DNA of 64,000 nucleotides from Haplodiscus bocki (lineage: Eukaryota), in contig OZ296653.1 of NCBI GenBank assembly GCA_965655095.1, positions 9,858,001 to 9,922,000 of the forward strand, given 5' to 3'. The notes below the pieces were generated by a model, which had not been told where the DNA came from, did not search any database, and saw only the letters and a list, made by a program, of their open reading frames with translations. Shown one piece after another: positions 1-12,187 of the stretch (the stretch's first letter is position 1; each line of letters opens with the position of its first letter). The translations under genes were made by a program, and so were the position numbers.

Positions 1-864
1 TTGAGGAGGTGCTTTTTCCTCATTAAGTTTTTTTCTCTTGAGTGACCAACAGAATTTTACTGTATGGCCGGATTTTTTGCAATATGTACAAAACCGAGTG
101 AAATCCTGTTTCATTTTAGGATTGTTTGGATCATAGGTCACATTGATCTGATGATTCTTTACCATATTGCTGATTTCATTCAACGTTTTCTCAATACTTG
201 TGAAACGTGAGTCAGTGGTTACAGTATTGGACCTTGATTGCTGGAAACCAGACATTTCAGCGCTAATTACAAGACTTGTGTCTTTGTTTATTATTCACGT
301 CTGTAACGCATCCCATGTTTTGTTGGGGTCTTCAATTAGTGCCTGGTGGGCTTTCTGTTTAAGTCCAGGGGGTGTTAAACCACGTATAAAGTAATCTTTA
401 TACTTTCCAATTCGTTGGTTTTCACATGCTGTTCGTGCATTTGCGTCAGCGTCGGAAGGCGTTGGCCATCCTTTGTCAACTAATGTTTTTATTCTGTGTA
501 TATAACTTTTGATGTTTTCGTCGGGCTGTCTTTTCAAATTTTCAGCTTCGATTCGAAATCGGTACTGCATTTTCCCGTCAGTGAATCGAGCAATAAACAG
601 TGTTTTTATTTCGTCCCATATTAATGCAGCGTCGAGTGAATCGAACCACTCAGCAGCTGGCCCGCGTAAGACGGAACCGAAAAGGGCTTTCCTTCGATCG
701 CCATATACGGTTTGAATGTTATTTTCATTTGTAGCAGGTCTACTTCCTAGCGAGAAACTGATTTTCTTCTCTAACAAACTAATAAACGCTGTCGGGTCTT
801 CACTTGAGTCAATCCCGATAAATTTCTCTAATGCTAAGTCTGGATATGCAACAGTGTTCGCCAT
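1..864 (-). pseudogene. gag: Gypsy-like LTR retrotransposon gag with one in-frame TGA at 295-297; runs off the window
   Basis: The 189-aa ORF has a retrotransposon capsid-like segment (LRGPAAEWFDSL...WDEIKTLFIARF...LKRQPDENIKSY). Translating past the stop in the same frame stays open to position 1 and gives a CX2CX4HX4C zinc knuckle (CTYCKKSGHTVKFC). Confidence 0.9.
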
Positions 865-1120
865 TTTCTATTTAACAAGTTTTAGTTGCTCCAATTTTGT
901 TCGATTTTGTGCTCTTTGCACTACAATTATCTATTCAAGTTGCTTTAACTTGAAAATGCTCCTTTGTTTAACGATTAATCACGTAATTAAACTGTGATTT
1001 TGTTATTACGCTTTGTAATAACAAATGAAATTTTGAATTTTGTGTGGAAGAGTGTCTTTTACTCTTTCACGTGCTTCGCTTTGAATAAGAATTTTATTCA
1101 ACTCAAAATTTGTGTACTGG

Positions 1121-1258
1121 TTTCTTTGCTCCTGCACAAAATGAAATTTTTCTGTTGAAGTTTCTTTGCTCCTTCACAAAATGAAATTTTCCTGTTGGAG
1201 TTTCTTTGCTCCTTCACAAAATGAAATTTTTCTGTTGGAGTTTCTTTGCTCCTTCAAA
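1121..1258. repeat. 40-bp tandem repeat (~3.4 copies) in the retrotransposon leader
   Basis: TTTCTTTGCTCC starts at 1121, 1161, 1201 and 1241. Confidence 0.95.
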
Positions 1259-1438
1259 ATCAATTTTCAAAACAGTAAATTTGAACGGGTCTGTGTATTT
1301 AAGCCTTAACACGGAATAAATCCAAGGCAGCAGGCGAGGTGAATTTTGGGCTTTCCAAATTCTTGCTAAAACCTCACAGGGGTCGTGCAATTTAAGATTC
1401 CCTCTTGCTTCAGAACCGAAATTCGTCCACGGAATCCG

Positions 1439-1615
1439 CACACGCTAATACCGAAGCTAGCGTAGTGGATACAGGTTAGACTCGGGTACCAGGAGTATAT
1501 TGTGCAAATTAAGGATCACCCTTGTGTCAGAATAAATTCTTCAACGGAAACAGCACACGCTATTACCGAAGCTAGCAGTAGTGGATACAGGTTAGACTCA
1601 GGTACCAGGAGTATA
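1439..1615. repeat. ~60-bp direct repeat (2 copies) in the retrotransposon leader
   Basis: CACACGCTA.TACCGAAGCTAGC..TAGTGGATACAGGTTAGACTC.GGTACCAGGAGTATA at ~1439 and ~1554. Confidence 0.9.
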
Positions 1616-1740
1616 GACTTGAAATATTTGCTTTGAATATTTCAATTTTGCAAAAATAGAACCCACCCCGGGAAAAAAGATGAAAAAGTTGTACGCTCGG
1701 TGTTTTGGTCGTACAAAATGCGGAGTGATTTTTGTTCTTT

Positions 1741-1755
1741 GCTCTGGTCGCACCA
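1741..1755 (-). promoter_or_regulatory. Primer-binding site of the left LTR element
   Basis: The minus strand reads TGGTGCGACCAGAGC a few nt after the LTR's ...TACA end. The TGG start is typical; the cognate tRNA was not identified. Confidence 0.65.
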
Positions 1756-1760
1756 GATGT

Positions 1761-2275
1761 TGTAAGCCGGGGGTTTCTAAATTATTGCTTTGCTCTCACT
1801 TGCGCATAAGACTCAAAAAGTTGTTATAAAAAGAACATAAATTTTAGAAAGGTCGTTTACAATTATTGGAAAATTCTAAGTCATGAGCTTTTCTGACTTA
1901 GCTGTTTTTATAAATAAGTCTTAGTGAAAATCCAAGACTCTTTGTCAGTTGAATTTCAGGGGTGTTTTAGAGAGAGCAAAGGAAAGAGAGAAAAGAGGGA
2001 CTATTGCCTCCTTAACGTCCGCATAGGATCGTTTTTTTGTGTTAGCGTATTTTTCTCTCTAGCTCAGGACAGTTGTTTTGTCACGCGGCTTTTCCTTATT
2101 GGCTGAGCGTTAAAAGAATCGTCTTTTGCAATTTTATGCGAGCGCGTTGCTATTCGCTTAGACAATCTAAATGCTCGGATAATTCCTCTTCGGATATTAT
2201 TTCTCTCTGAGTCAATTTCCCTGGATATTCTCCTTTAGGAAAATGAACTAAATTAAACGGTAGCGCATTGCTACA
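1761..2275 (-). mobile_element. LTR (~515 bp) of the Gypsy-like element
   Basis: TGTA...TACA inverted termini. PBS on one side and purine-rich GGGGTGAG (PPT-like) on the other. TATAAAA on the minus strand near 1906-1912. Confidence 0.7.
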
Positions 2276-2486
2276 ACTCACCCCAGTTGACAGAGAAGAC
2301 TGCTTTAACCATAATACTCTTCAACTGATAATAGCATAAATAACAGAAGTATAAACCTTCGAATAATAATATAAGGTTTACAAATTAGGGTTTATATGTT
2401 TCAAAGAAAGATTATTGTTAGATTGTTTGTAAGCAAGAAAAGTTATTAAAAGGTTTTTGAGTTGGAAGTTTGAAGGGTTTTCTCAG

Positions 2487-2939
2487 TTACTTTTTCCGGT
2501 GGGAACATTCTTTTTCATCAATGGGCCATGGAAGTCGTGCACATTTTTGTGTCCAGTTCGGATCTTTATCAAAATTGTATGCAGTTGGGTAATATACTGT
2601 TGAGAGTCGAGACTTGATGTTTCCTCGTTTAATGTTGAAAATTGAGTACTTCTTGTACTGTTCAACGTCCCAATGTTCAGCATGAGTAAGAAGGGCATGG
2701 AGACATCTTTCTAGCTTCTCATACTGCTGACCATCAACAGCTTGAATTAGGTGTATGGCTTCAGCTCTTTGGATGACTATTTCCACTCTCATTACTTGTA
2801 ATTGTTTGACCAGTTTCTCGATTTCGGTCAGCTCTTTGATCTGGGCAGCTTTTTTATTCAAAGACTCTTGAAATCGTTTTTTAGCCAGATCATACTCATC
2901 GAGTTTTTTCTTTAAGAGAATATTGGTTTTTAAACTCAA
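2487..2939 (-). CDS. Unknown 150-aa ORF, probably the 5'-truncated accessory ORF from the 3' region of an LTR element
   Basis: Long open frame with a charged, coiled-coil-like N-terminal half. Same orientation as gag; ends ~200 bp before the PPT-like tract and LTR. No ATG at the track start. Confidence 0.45.
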   Translation of the reverse strand: MSLKTNILLKKKLDEYDLAKKRFQESLNKKAAQIKELTEIEKLVKQLQVMRVEIVIQRAEAIHLIQAVDGQQYEKLERCLHALLTHAEHWDVEQYKKYSIFNIKRGNIKSRLSTVYYPTAYNFDKDPNWTQKCARLPWPIDEKECSHRKK

Positions 2940-3179
2940 CTATCCGGTAGATTTGAGTTGTATTGTTATGGTTGTTCTCAATTGAAAAAAATTGAAAAGA
3001 TTTTCAATCTTGATAGTTTCGGCCTGTCAGGATTCGGACAGGAAAAAGCATTGATTTCATTTGTTTTTGAAAGCCCTGCACAGTTAAAAATTCGTCGACT
3101 GAGATAGTAGCGACAAAATTGCACATTGTAACTATGGAGAAAAGTTGTTTCAATGTTAAACAAAAACAAAACTTCAGAT

Positions 3180-3470
3180 TACATCCACTCAGGCACATTT
3201 TGGGAAAAATTTTTTGGAAAAAACTTTATTTAGCACTTCATCGGATGTTGAACAAACTCTTTCAATTTCTGAGCGGATATTCTTCAGCAGGGTTGCCAGA
3301 CCTGCATTCTAGGTATCCAGAGAGTTTTTGGGAAACAAACTTCCGAAAAGTTATGAACTTTTTTGGACTTTGAGCTATAAAAATTTCGGATTTTCACCAA
3401 AATTTTTCGGTAGTGTTGTCGAAACTACATCTTGAGTGTACCGACAAACATTTTCGGCTTTAAAAAACTG
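3180..3470. repeat. Dispersed repeat family member (related inverted copy at ~26460-26560)
   Basis: GACTTTGAGC...TTTTCGGTAGTGTTGTCGAAACTACATC resembles the reverse complement of GAATGCAGTTCTGACAACACTGCCGAAAACTTTTCGCTCAAAGTAC. Confidence 0.5.
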
Positions 3471-5499
3471 GACATATCCACTAGGATTTAGCTAATTCGG
3501 GAGGAGAGAGTCTACTTACTGATGATTGATTTTTGTTTTGTAATTTGCTACAACGGTATTCCACAGGCCGGCGCTGGGGAGACGCACTCCGACCGATGGT
3601 TACCAAAAAATCAAATTTCACACCGCTGAAAACGGGGCCTACTTGTTCACGTGCCAGCAACAAGTTAGAAGAAATAAAAGGGAGGAAATGAAGCATCTCT
3701 TGAGCTCGGCGAACTAGTGACAAGAAAAACGGTCCCAACTTATGACGCACGTAAAATTAAATACGTTGTTTCTATTGCAAGTTAAAATTTATTTCTCGGT
3801 ATAAAGGTCCCTCTCAGACTTTTTTTCCTGCTCAAAAAAACCCAGCTAACGGTTAGTTAGATTAGCTCTAGGGCAAAACAAAGCAAAAAAACAGTTTTAC
3901 AGAATCACGTGTTGGATGAACAAAGCAATTTAAATGTATTTCCAAGGTTTCCAACGAAAACTAAAGTGCTGTGAATGGAGAGTGCAAAAATGGAGCCGTT
4001 TCTTTCCTGGCAAACACCTTTTCTACTGAACTGGGTATTTGATTAAACGCTAGATGAATGCAATCTGATCACTGCTGATCCAGAGGAATATTTCTAACGG
4101 AAGATGAGGTTGAGAAACGTTTTGGATTTTTCAAGCCAAAGTTATATACTTTATGGTGAAAGTAGGAAAAAGACCTAAACAGCTCCTTCGTAGAGAATCC
4201 AGGAACTGAGCAGCTAAATAAGCTCAAGTAAACACAATATAACCACTGGTCATCAAAAAAGCAGTTTTACCGGAAGATGTCGAAAAAAAACATTTTTTTG
4301 AAATGAAGGTCAAAATTCATGGAAGTAAACTTAGGAAATTAGACCAAAGCTGCTGCAAGGCCAACTGTGCAGGCACTGGATAGAATTTTACTACGTATTT
4401 GGACACAAACCGACTCCTGGATAAGACTTAAAACAGTTCCAACAAACCACGTAACTCAAAATTTACTGATTCTTCCTTTTTACTCATTTTACTTCGCTTT
4501 GACCTTAAGAAAAAAAAACTTTTTGCACTACTCCATAGAAACTCGACAATACAAGTATTACAACTAGCTCTATAGTATAATAAGGCAAGTTGATTGTTGA
4601 GTTGCGCATAAACTTTCAACGAAGAAACAAAAACGTCAAATTTCGACAATTGGGGTTTAGATTTTTTGCATTTTGTAACATATGTGCCTTAGCACGGAAG
4701 AATTCACCATGCTGGCAAGCACGTGCGCAAGGAAACAGGCCATATGAACAACTAAAAACAGGATATCTAGAACCCATGAACTAAGTGTCGGGACATTGAA
4801 GTTTCGGAACAATTGAGAGTTTGGAATGGACAGAAAAAACAAAAGTAGAACAAACAAAGGATGCTGCACTCTGCGAAAACCTACAGCAGCGTGAAAGTAA
4901 GGCTTTCAGAGAGAATGTCCCATCAAAAAACCTCATCTAGGAAAAAATTCGTTTCCTTAACTTCTCGGAAACCAATTCAAACTCTTCATATGGAAAAGCT
5001 GTGGCAAAGGGGTAAAATGAAGGAAATTTAAAGTCATATTATCAGGCGCTGTACTGAGCTATACATTGAACTTACCTAATAGTTACCTGACAAAAACATT
5101 TTTCAAGACTATATGTCTGAAAAAAAATGAACATCTAAAAAGTAAATGAGTCAATTCGGGAAAAAAGCAAGTTTGTCCTGTCCCATCACCCAATTTTGTC
5201 AGTGTCATTTTGAGAGAATTTTCAGCGATTGCAATGCAAAAAACGTTTTGAGAAAATCATCTATAATTAGAGACGCGTCAAGAGCTTTTCTGCATGTTTC
5301 CGTTGACTTTGAGAATGCGCACGCAAATATGATATGTAGTAGGAGCAGAGAAGTCGAATCCGATTACGCTGAAAATATATCCAGGACGATGGCTTCTCGC
5401 ATTTGGGCTGGATGAACCCAAGCCTACCACTAGTTGTCAAGACTAACATTACTATAGAACGATGTGAAAAACATCTTAGCTCTTTCAACTATAGATCTG

Positions 5500-7300
5500 T
5501 CTAACCAGCGATGGAGTCCCGAATAGACCATCCCCGATGCTTGGCAGCATAGCCTGGCACGCAAAATTTTACAGGAGCCAGATTATTCTGATCACCGTAA
5601 GGGCATCCAGGAAACAAATCTTGACAGAACTCGCACGTGAAAAATTGATTATAATTCCAAGAATAAGATTCTTCGCAGCTATTTTATGTTAGGGCGTCCC
5701 AGCATTTCCGCTGAAAGTATAAATACTCTGCATCTATCTTTCTTTCCAGTTAGAAAGAGTTGGACACAACCACAACAATGAAGTGAAAAAGAAAGCGTCC
5801 TTTCTGGAGAACGACACATTGAAAACGTTATCAATTTTCTGATTACAAGTCAAGTTACTGCGCAATAAAAGACCATAACTGACCATCCTTGCTATTCAAT
5901 AGAGCCCCTGGAGTTTAAAAAATGCTGGGTTGATCCTTTTTGACCAACAGAAATTATGAGAAACAACGCAAGGCGTACGTTAAAAGTTCACTACTATGGT
6001 AAAAAAACTCAAGATGCTTAGCAAATTGCTTTGAATATTTTATTCCAGCGACTCTGCGGAACATGAACGTAGCCTGTTTACAAAATTTACTTTGAAAAAT
6101 TATTAGCTTAACCCAACGGGCCTCTTGAAATCCCAGAATAATTATTTTGACATGGAGTGCAAGAATTTTTGATTTTTCACTCCAACTCAAAGAGCTTCGC
6201 AACAAGAAACTGGAATTGTCCTTCACGCTGCTCCGCAAGCACTCTGGCTCTTGATAATGAAAACAAGTTATCTCTGGATCCAATTCCACGAATAGTTTTC
6301 AATGAAAGCATTTTCGAGGAAGTACGCGGGTGAAACAGATGATTTTCAAACTATAATTTTCAAAATTTTGTTAAAACGTAGAAAATACGTTGTTACAGGA
6401 CTTCGGCATTTGGTTTAGGTTCACGGACTTGTATATCAGAGGTTTTGAATGGAAAACCTGTTCACCAGCAATTCAAGTTGAACTTTATCTACTTTTAGGA
6501 AACAATTTTTGTTTTTGATTCTCCAACTACAATTCCAACTAGACGTTAAAGTTTCTGAAAAGTAGTGCAGAAACAACCACTATCTTTTGGTCGAGGAGAG
6601 GTTAGATAAGATTAGATTATGGAAAAGGAGTCACTAGTGATCCAACAGAACAACTCAATGATCAGTGCGAAAAGAAACCTAGTGGATTTTTCAATTTTTC
6701 AAATACTAAAACATCTTATTCGTTTCAAAAGCACAAAAACACCAATCCAGTAAAAGAGTTTGAGTAAGATTAGAATGGATGCTATCCGCCCAATAGTCGT
6801 GAAGGAAATCAATTTTAACGAATAACGAAGATAAACTTCCTGAAATTTTCCTATACAGTTCTGGATTTTTCGCATCAAACATTTTAAAGAAACCTTGCAA
6901 GCCATGCAGACGATATACTCGACTGTGGATGATGGAGTTATTGCCAGATGGTTCCAACAAGATCACAACCTTCTTTGCTCTCAATTGCCAGCCAAAAGTA
7001 TGCAAACAATTATCTACGAACTACATTCCAAGCGTCTCAGAGGAAGCTAGAGAAATCGATTATTTCATGTAGCCTAAAGAGAACCAAATTTTAACAACAG
7101 TTGATGAGAAATCAATGCTTATGGACAGCGACAGTACAAAAAAAAACAAAAAATACAATTTAAGTTTTTTGCTAGAAAGGGATGAATGACGCAAAACTTG
7201 CCACTTAACAAACTTGACCCTTTTCATTTGTTCGAAAAAATCCAACAGTTGAAACACCTTCGGAAGTACAATTAACTCATATGTAAACAAATTTCTTTTT
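5500..7300 (+). mobile_element. Possible heavily decayed LINE (endonuclease/RT) remnant
   Basis: Only scattered motif-like fragments in the expected order: DYSDH at 5581 (APE-like), ALNCQPKVCKQL near 6975 and KLDPFHLFEKIQQLK near 7210. Many stops. Confidence 0.3.
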
Positions 7301-8459
7301 AAATTGGCAAGAAACGCAGCGTTACCATAAATTCATACGAGTTTTGAGTCAACTCTCGGGAGCAGATGTTGCAATCGGTAGAGCAAAATCTATAAAAAGC
7401 GAAAAGTTTGAAAATTCTGGGCTTTTCGAGAACATCCGAATAATGCGAGTTTTGACCCAGTATGAAAAAACGGACACATGGAGAGTAATCAAATTGTTGC
7501 GCTTGTTTTCTTCAACTCGCAAGAGTAACACCAGTCGCAAAGTGGAAATTCGCAAACCGGTTCGAACAAACTCGAGCTAAAAGAAAATTCAGAACAGCAG
7601 TGTACCAAATAAAAAGGTAATGAAGTCTCTGGAGTAATGAGGCATTTCCAAATTGTGAAAAAGAATTTTTTCTCTTCCAAAAATTGGAAATTGACCGAAT
7701 GTGTCTAAAAGATCAGTTCTGAGGTTTTTGCAAAACTGCAAAATTTTTCCCGGTCATGATGAAAAAAAACGTTTGAAGCTTTAGGAAAAGGTGATTTTTT
7801 TACAGATGAGGTGTTGAGCTTATCTCATTTTTATACCAAACACAGGCGCGGGAAGCCGCGATGCGACTTTCTCGCCCGAGAAAGAATTGTTTCAAAAGAA
7901 CAAAGCTTGATGAACTTGCAACATTTTCATTTCAGTTTAACTGGATGCGTAGTCACGAAGTTATTTTGACGACAAAAGATCAACAATCGCAAATTGAGCC
8001 TTTTTACCAAACAAAAAAATGCTAAAACGACTACTTTTAGCGCAACAACCAAAATTTTATGCTTAGATGCAAACTATGAACTACTATATGTCTTATTATT
8101 GGTTTTTACTGAATTTGTTGCTAAAAACTGGACTTAAAGGTCATAGGAGAAAAGAGCGAAACTTCCTCAAAAGCAGAGAGAATAAAGTTCTGACTTAATT
8201 TAAATCAGCAAATACCTTTGACAAGGAACAATATAAAAATGCCGGAATTCTTTAAATGATCAAAAACTGAAAAAACTGCCAATTTTAGCCCCAAAATTAT
8301 ACAAAAAGCTTTTCGTAACTTTGAAGTTTTAAACTGACACTAACGTCAAATTAAAACAATTCTAGACTATATAAAAGTCATAGTACCTTTTAGTGAGGAC
8401 ATTCTTGGAAAATCCAAGTTGTTTTTGGTGATATTCGAATTTTAGATTTGTGCTTTGAT

Positions 8460-10347
8460 CAGGACCAGTCAAAAATTAATTGTACCAACAATTATTTGGT
8501 GAAATAATTTGATTGCTTAGCGTTTGATCAATCAAAAAATGATTTTTAGATGTATCATATATTTGCAATTAGTTTTGACGACCAGGAACCATGGGACAGT
8601 ATCAAATAATCCACCGCCATTCGGCTACAAGGTACTTAATCGGTTGTGTAAGCATTGTATATTGTAAATATTGGTAAAAATTTGTTTCAGATCGGTTTTG
8701 TTTACCATGTCGCTGCCACCAGTTTTTACTCCGAAAACCATATGCCTTCAATACTTCACCATGAACGATGCTGCTAATTTTGAATACAAGCTCAGGGAAT
8801 GCAATCATTGTATCGTCCAGAAGAAAAACTCTGCATGCACAACTTTAATGAACCTTATCAATTCACAGCACCCAGAGTATATTGAGTTGTGCTTGCAATG
8901 ACAACACCCAGTCTACTTTACCTGGCATGTTTACCAAAACGAAAGTGGTCACAAAAAAGGGCAAGAACATTTATTCTTGGATTAACTAGATTTGTTGCAC
9001 GCGCTAGCCCTTTCGTTTGTAGAAGACAAACTGAACCGTGAGTACAACAAATTGGAACCCGTTTGCGTCAACACTCTCATGAAGTAAAAGGAATTATTGA
9101 CCAAGAGAGTTGAGTCGAAGGTGAAAGAAAATATTCCTGAAAAGTTTGAACTTGTTATCGATGGCTGGTCAGAGTTCCTTGCACTACGTTGGAGTTTTTG
9201 CGTCATATGGATCGAATTCGCCTACCAGTTATAGCACGGTTTTGTTATCATTTTCACCTATGTTTTCAGAAACTAGTTTTACTGCAACCGACCACTACGA
9301 AGTTCTTGAATGGGTCATCTCGCTTTACAGTAAATCCTTCGAAAATGTCGCAATTTTTGGCGATAATGTATCCACAATTAAAGCAATTGCCAATATGTGC
9401 AGTAAACCACTTCTCGGATGTGCATCGCATCGTTTTAATCTGGGAATGAAAAAAAATCGATGCAGAAATTACTAAAGTCAACACATTGATGGGTAAATTC
9501 AAAACTTTAAAATTAGCAGGAAAACTTTCAAAGGCAACCCATTTGCGAGCAATGCAGAAAAATGAAACGCGCTGGTCGAGTACGGCAGAGATTTTGAGAT
9601 GAGACCAGAACCTGAAAATTCACTTGGCCGATGACCAGTTTACTAAGGATCCCAGTGTTGTGAACTATCTATTGAGTCATTCAGAAAACAACCAAATAGA
9701 AATTCTCAAAATTGAAAATATGGATTCAGTTACAAAATTTCTACAAAGAGAAAATGTAACCCTTCTTGACGTTAGAGTATTGTTTGATTCAGTTATCTCG
9801 AAATATCCACAGCTAGACAATTTAAGTGACCATTCGCCATTCATCCATTCCAAAGTATTCGAAACGGCACTTGTGAAAATTCAAGATGGAAAAGTGAATA
9901 AACTGGACGTGGACGAGGTCGCATCTACAAAGTGTCTTCAAGTCACGGCTGCCACCCAGGACATCAATGCGGAAAGTGACAACACTTCAGATTTTGCTGA
10001 AAGGATTCTGAAAAAAGGAAACAGGCAAAAAACGGCTTCGGAAGAAACGAAAGATTTTATCGACACAAGATTTTTTTTGCCGACGTCGAACATTTCGGAA
10101 CGCTTTTTCAGCAGCGCGGGTTACGCATTTAATGACTACAGGCAATCGCTCACACCCATGAACCTGGAAATGCAGCTTTTTCTGAAGTTCAATAAGAAAT
10201 TCCGGGATATTGAACTTGTCTCCAGAATGTGCTCCGAAAGAAACAATTAATTGCAATCATTGATTGTTGTAAAATGCAATTACAATTAATTGATTGTCTT
10301 GCAGATAATTGATTTTTTAGTGAGCAATCAGTGACTGACAGGCCCTG
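8460..10347 (+). mobile_element. hAT DNA transposon, full length but decayed
   Basis: TIRs CAGGACCAGTCA / TGACAGGCCCTG (10/12 match). 8-bp TSD GCTTTGAT / GCTTTCAT (7/8). Subterminal ATTGATT/AATCA repeats. Confidence 0.9.
8707..10250 (+). pseudogene. hAT transposase pseudogene (frameshifts and stops)
   Basis: Fragments in order: BED-finger-like N-terminus, LVIDGWS (first D), GDNVS...GCASHRFNL (second D and CxxH), NETRWSS, and LPTSNISERFFSSAG...RQSL (catalytic E / dimerisation domain). Confidence 0.9.
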
Positions 10348-10644
10348 GCTTTCATGCGTTTATTTTCATCACTAAAAATTTTTCAATTTATTAATTTTTT
10401 TAGATTCATGTTTCATGTACAATATACTCCACCACACTTTTGAAACACGGTTTTTGATGCGACCACACTTTGGAGCAAGAACCGAAATATATTCATTTTC
10501 TGAGGATACATTTGATTTAAATAAAATTTAACGATCTTTTGAATGTTCCTGCGAGTAAGAAACCACAGCACGGAAATTAAAACCACTGTCATCAAGTCAT
10601 AAAAGCTATAGTAATTAGTCAGTTCTGAAATTCACTCATCAAAA

Positions 10645-10715
10645 GCATCGGTGGTTCAGTGGTAGAATTGTCGCCTGCCACGCGATAGACCCGGGTTCGA
10701 TTCCCGGCCGATGCA
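10645..10715 (+). tRNA. tRNA-Gly (GCC)
   Basis: 71-nt cloverleaf: acceptor GCATCGG/CCGATGC, anticodon loop CTGCCAC, T-arm CCGGG-TTCGATT-CCCGG, A and B boxes, downstream T-run terminator. Confidence 0.93.
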
Positions 10716-11789
10716 CATTTTTCTACACAGAATTATTAACTACAATCGAATAATAATAACAATAGAACTGTAAGCAAATAAACGAATGATTCGTCAAAAG
10801 AAGCCGATCCTTCATTTCTGTCTCGATCGCTAAAACTCGTTCAAAACCTGTGTTATCATTTGCTTGGAAAAAAATATACAAAAATCTAAAAGGCTAATAA
10901 AGAAATTTTGAGGCAGTATCTTGCTGTCCTAAAGCTTGAAGCACCTTTGAGTGATGGAAAATCCAGGGTCCCAGAAAACTCTTGGATTGCAGGAAAACTT
11001 TCTGCTTCCCAGAACTCGGTTTGCGAATAATTATTCAATTCACAAGTCAAAAATTTCATCAAAAAAGGCGAAAAGTTCTCTGTCGTCTCTGGTAATGTTG
11101 ATATCAGGCAGTTGAGATTTCAGGGTAACTTTAGTTTCGGGTTTCTGTCCCTGTGTAATCCTCACAACAACTTCGCCGCCCGGAAATAAACTGAGTTGGC
11201 TTTGTAATTTTGATATAACTGAAGTCAGTCTAGAGTTGGAACTCGGAGACCAGTTTAGAATGAGTAACATGCGATGGTAGACTTTCTCGTTTGCGGTGCT
11301 GAGAAGTTTTTCGTCGTACTTTTTCACGATCACCGATTGGCTCGTTTCTTCACGCTTCAGTTTCAGTTCTACCGGCAGGTATCTTTGATGGCAGTGTATT
11401 GTACATTCAATGGGTTCGAATCAGGCCATGAGCCAATTTTTTTGACAGTGACAATTTTTTTGAGTCGATTTTGCATCACGTCGCATACGAAAACATCATT
11501 TATATTCGATACAAGACGCCCGGTTAATTCCGCCATCCATTTTTTCAACGGTAAATTTGATGAAATAAAATTTTGGGATGTGTAATTGGCAGATTTTGAG
11601 AACAAAACCTTAACGTTGATTGAATGATTTTCCTTCCTAATATGGCACATAGAGGAAAGTTACAGAGCAGGGCTGCCGCAAATTGGGCTGCCATTGTGTA
11701 CACACAAAATTATGCCACATATTTCCAACAACTTAAAAAAATTGAAAAATCAAAAACCCTGAAAAATAATTTTTTGCTGTATGTGAACA

Positions 11790-12187
11790 CTAGCTTTCTG
11801 GGCCGTGGCTCGCTTCGCTTCGCCACCTATCACTCAAGGCCACAAATTTCGCTAATTAGTAGTATCTTATTAGCCCCTGTTTTAGTCCCGAGCTGGATAG
11901 AAAGTTGAATTCCAGAAAAATCGGTTCTGTTTGGATTTCGTTTCGGTTCAACCACTTTCTCGCAATCTGATTGGCTGTCAGCTAAAATTTGGGTGTGACT
12001 GACAAAAAGGTGACGTAAAATCAATAGTAGGGTAAAATCGGCACCCGGAACCGGCTTACTCGCTGCTCCTTTGCTATTCATAGCTTTGTTCAAAATTTGA
12101 GCCAAATCGGGCAAGAAATGGCAGAGGAGTTTGATAATACACACACACACAAAAAAAAAAATTTTCGCATTTAGTAATATGTATAGA
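11790..12187 (-). mobile_element. Non-autonomous Helitron (398 bp)
   Basis: The minus strand begins TC, ends CTAG and sits between host A and T with no TSD. A GC hairpin GTGGC-N12-GCCAC lies ~11 nt before the CTAG. Confidence 0.8.

Noticed and set aside
295-297. Programmed stop-codon readthrough in gag
   Set aside because: The TGA lies inside gag before the zinc knuckle, not at a gag-pol border; a nonsense mutation is simpler.
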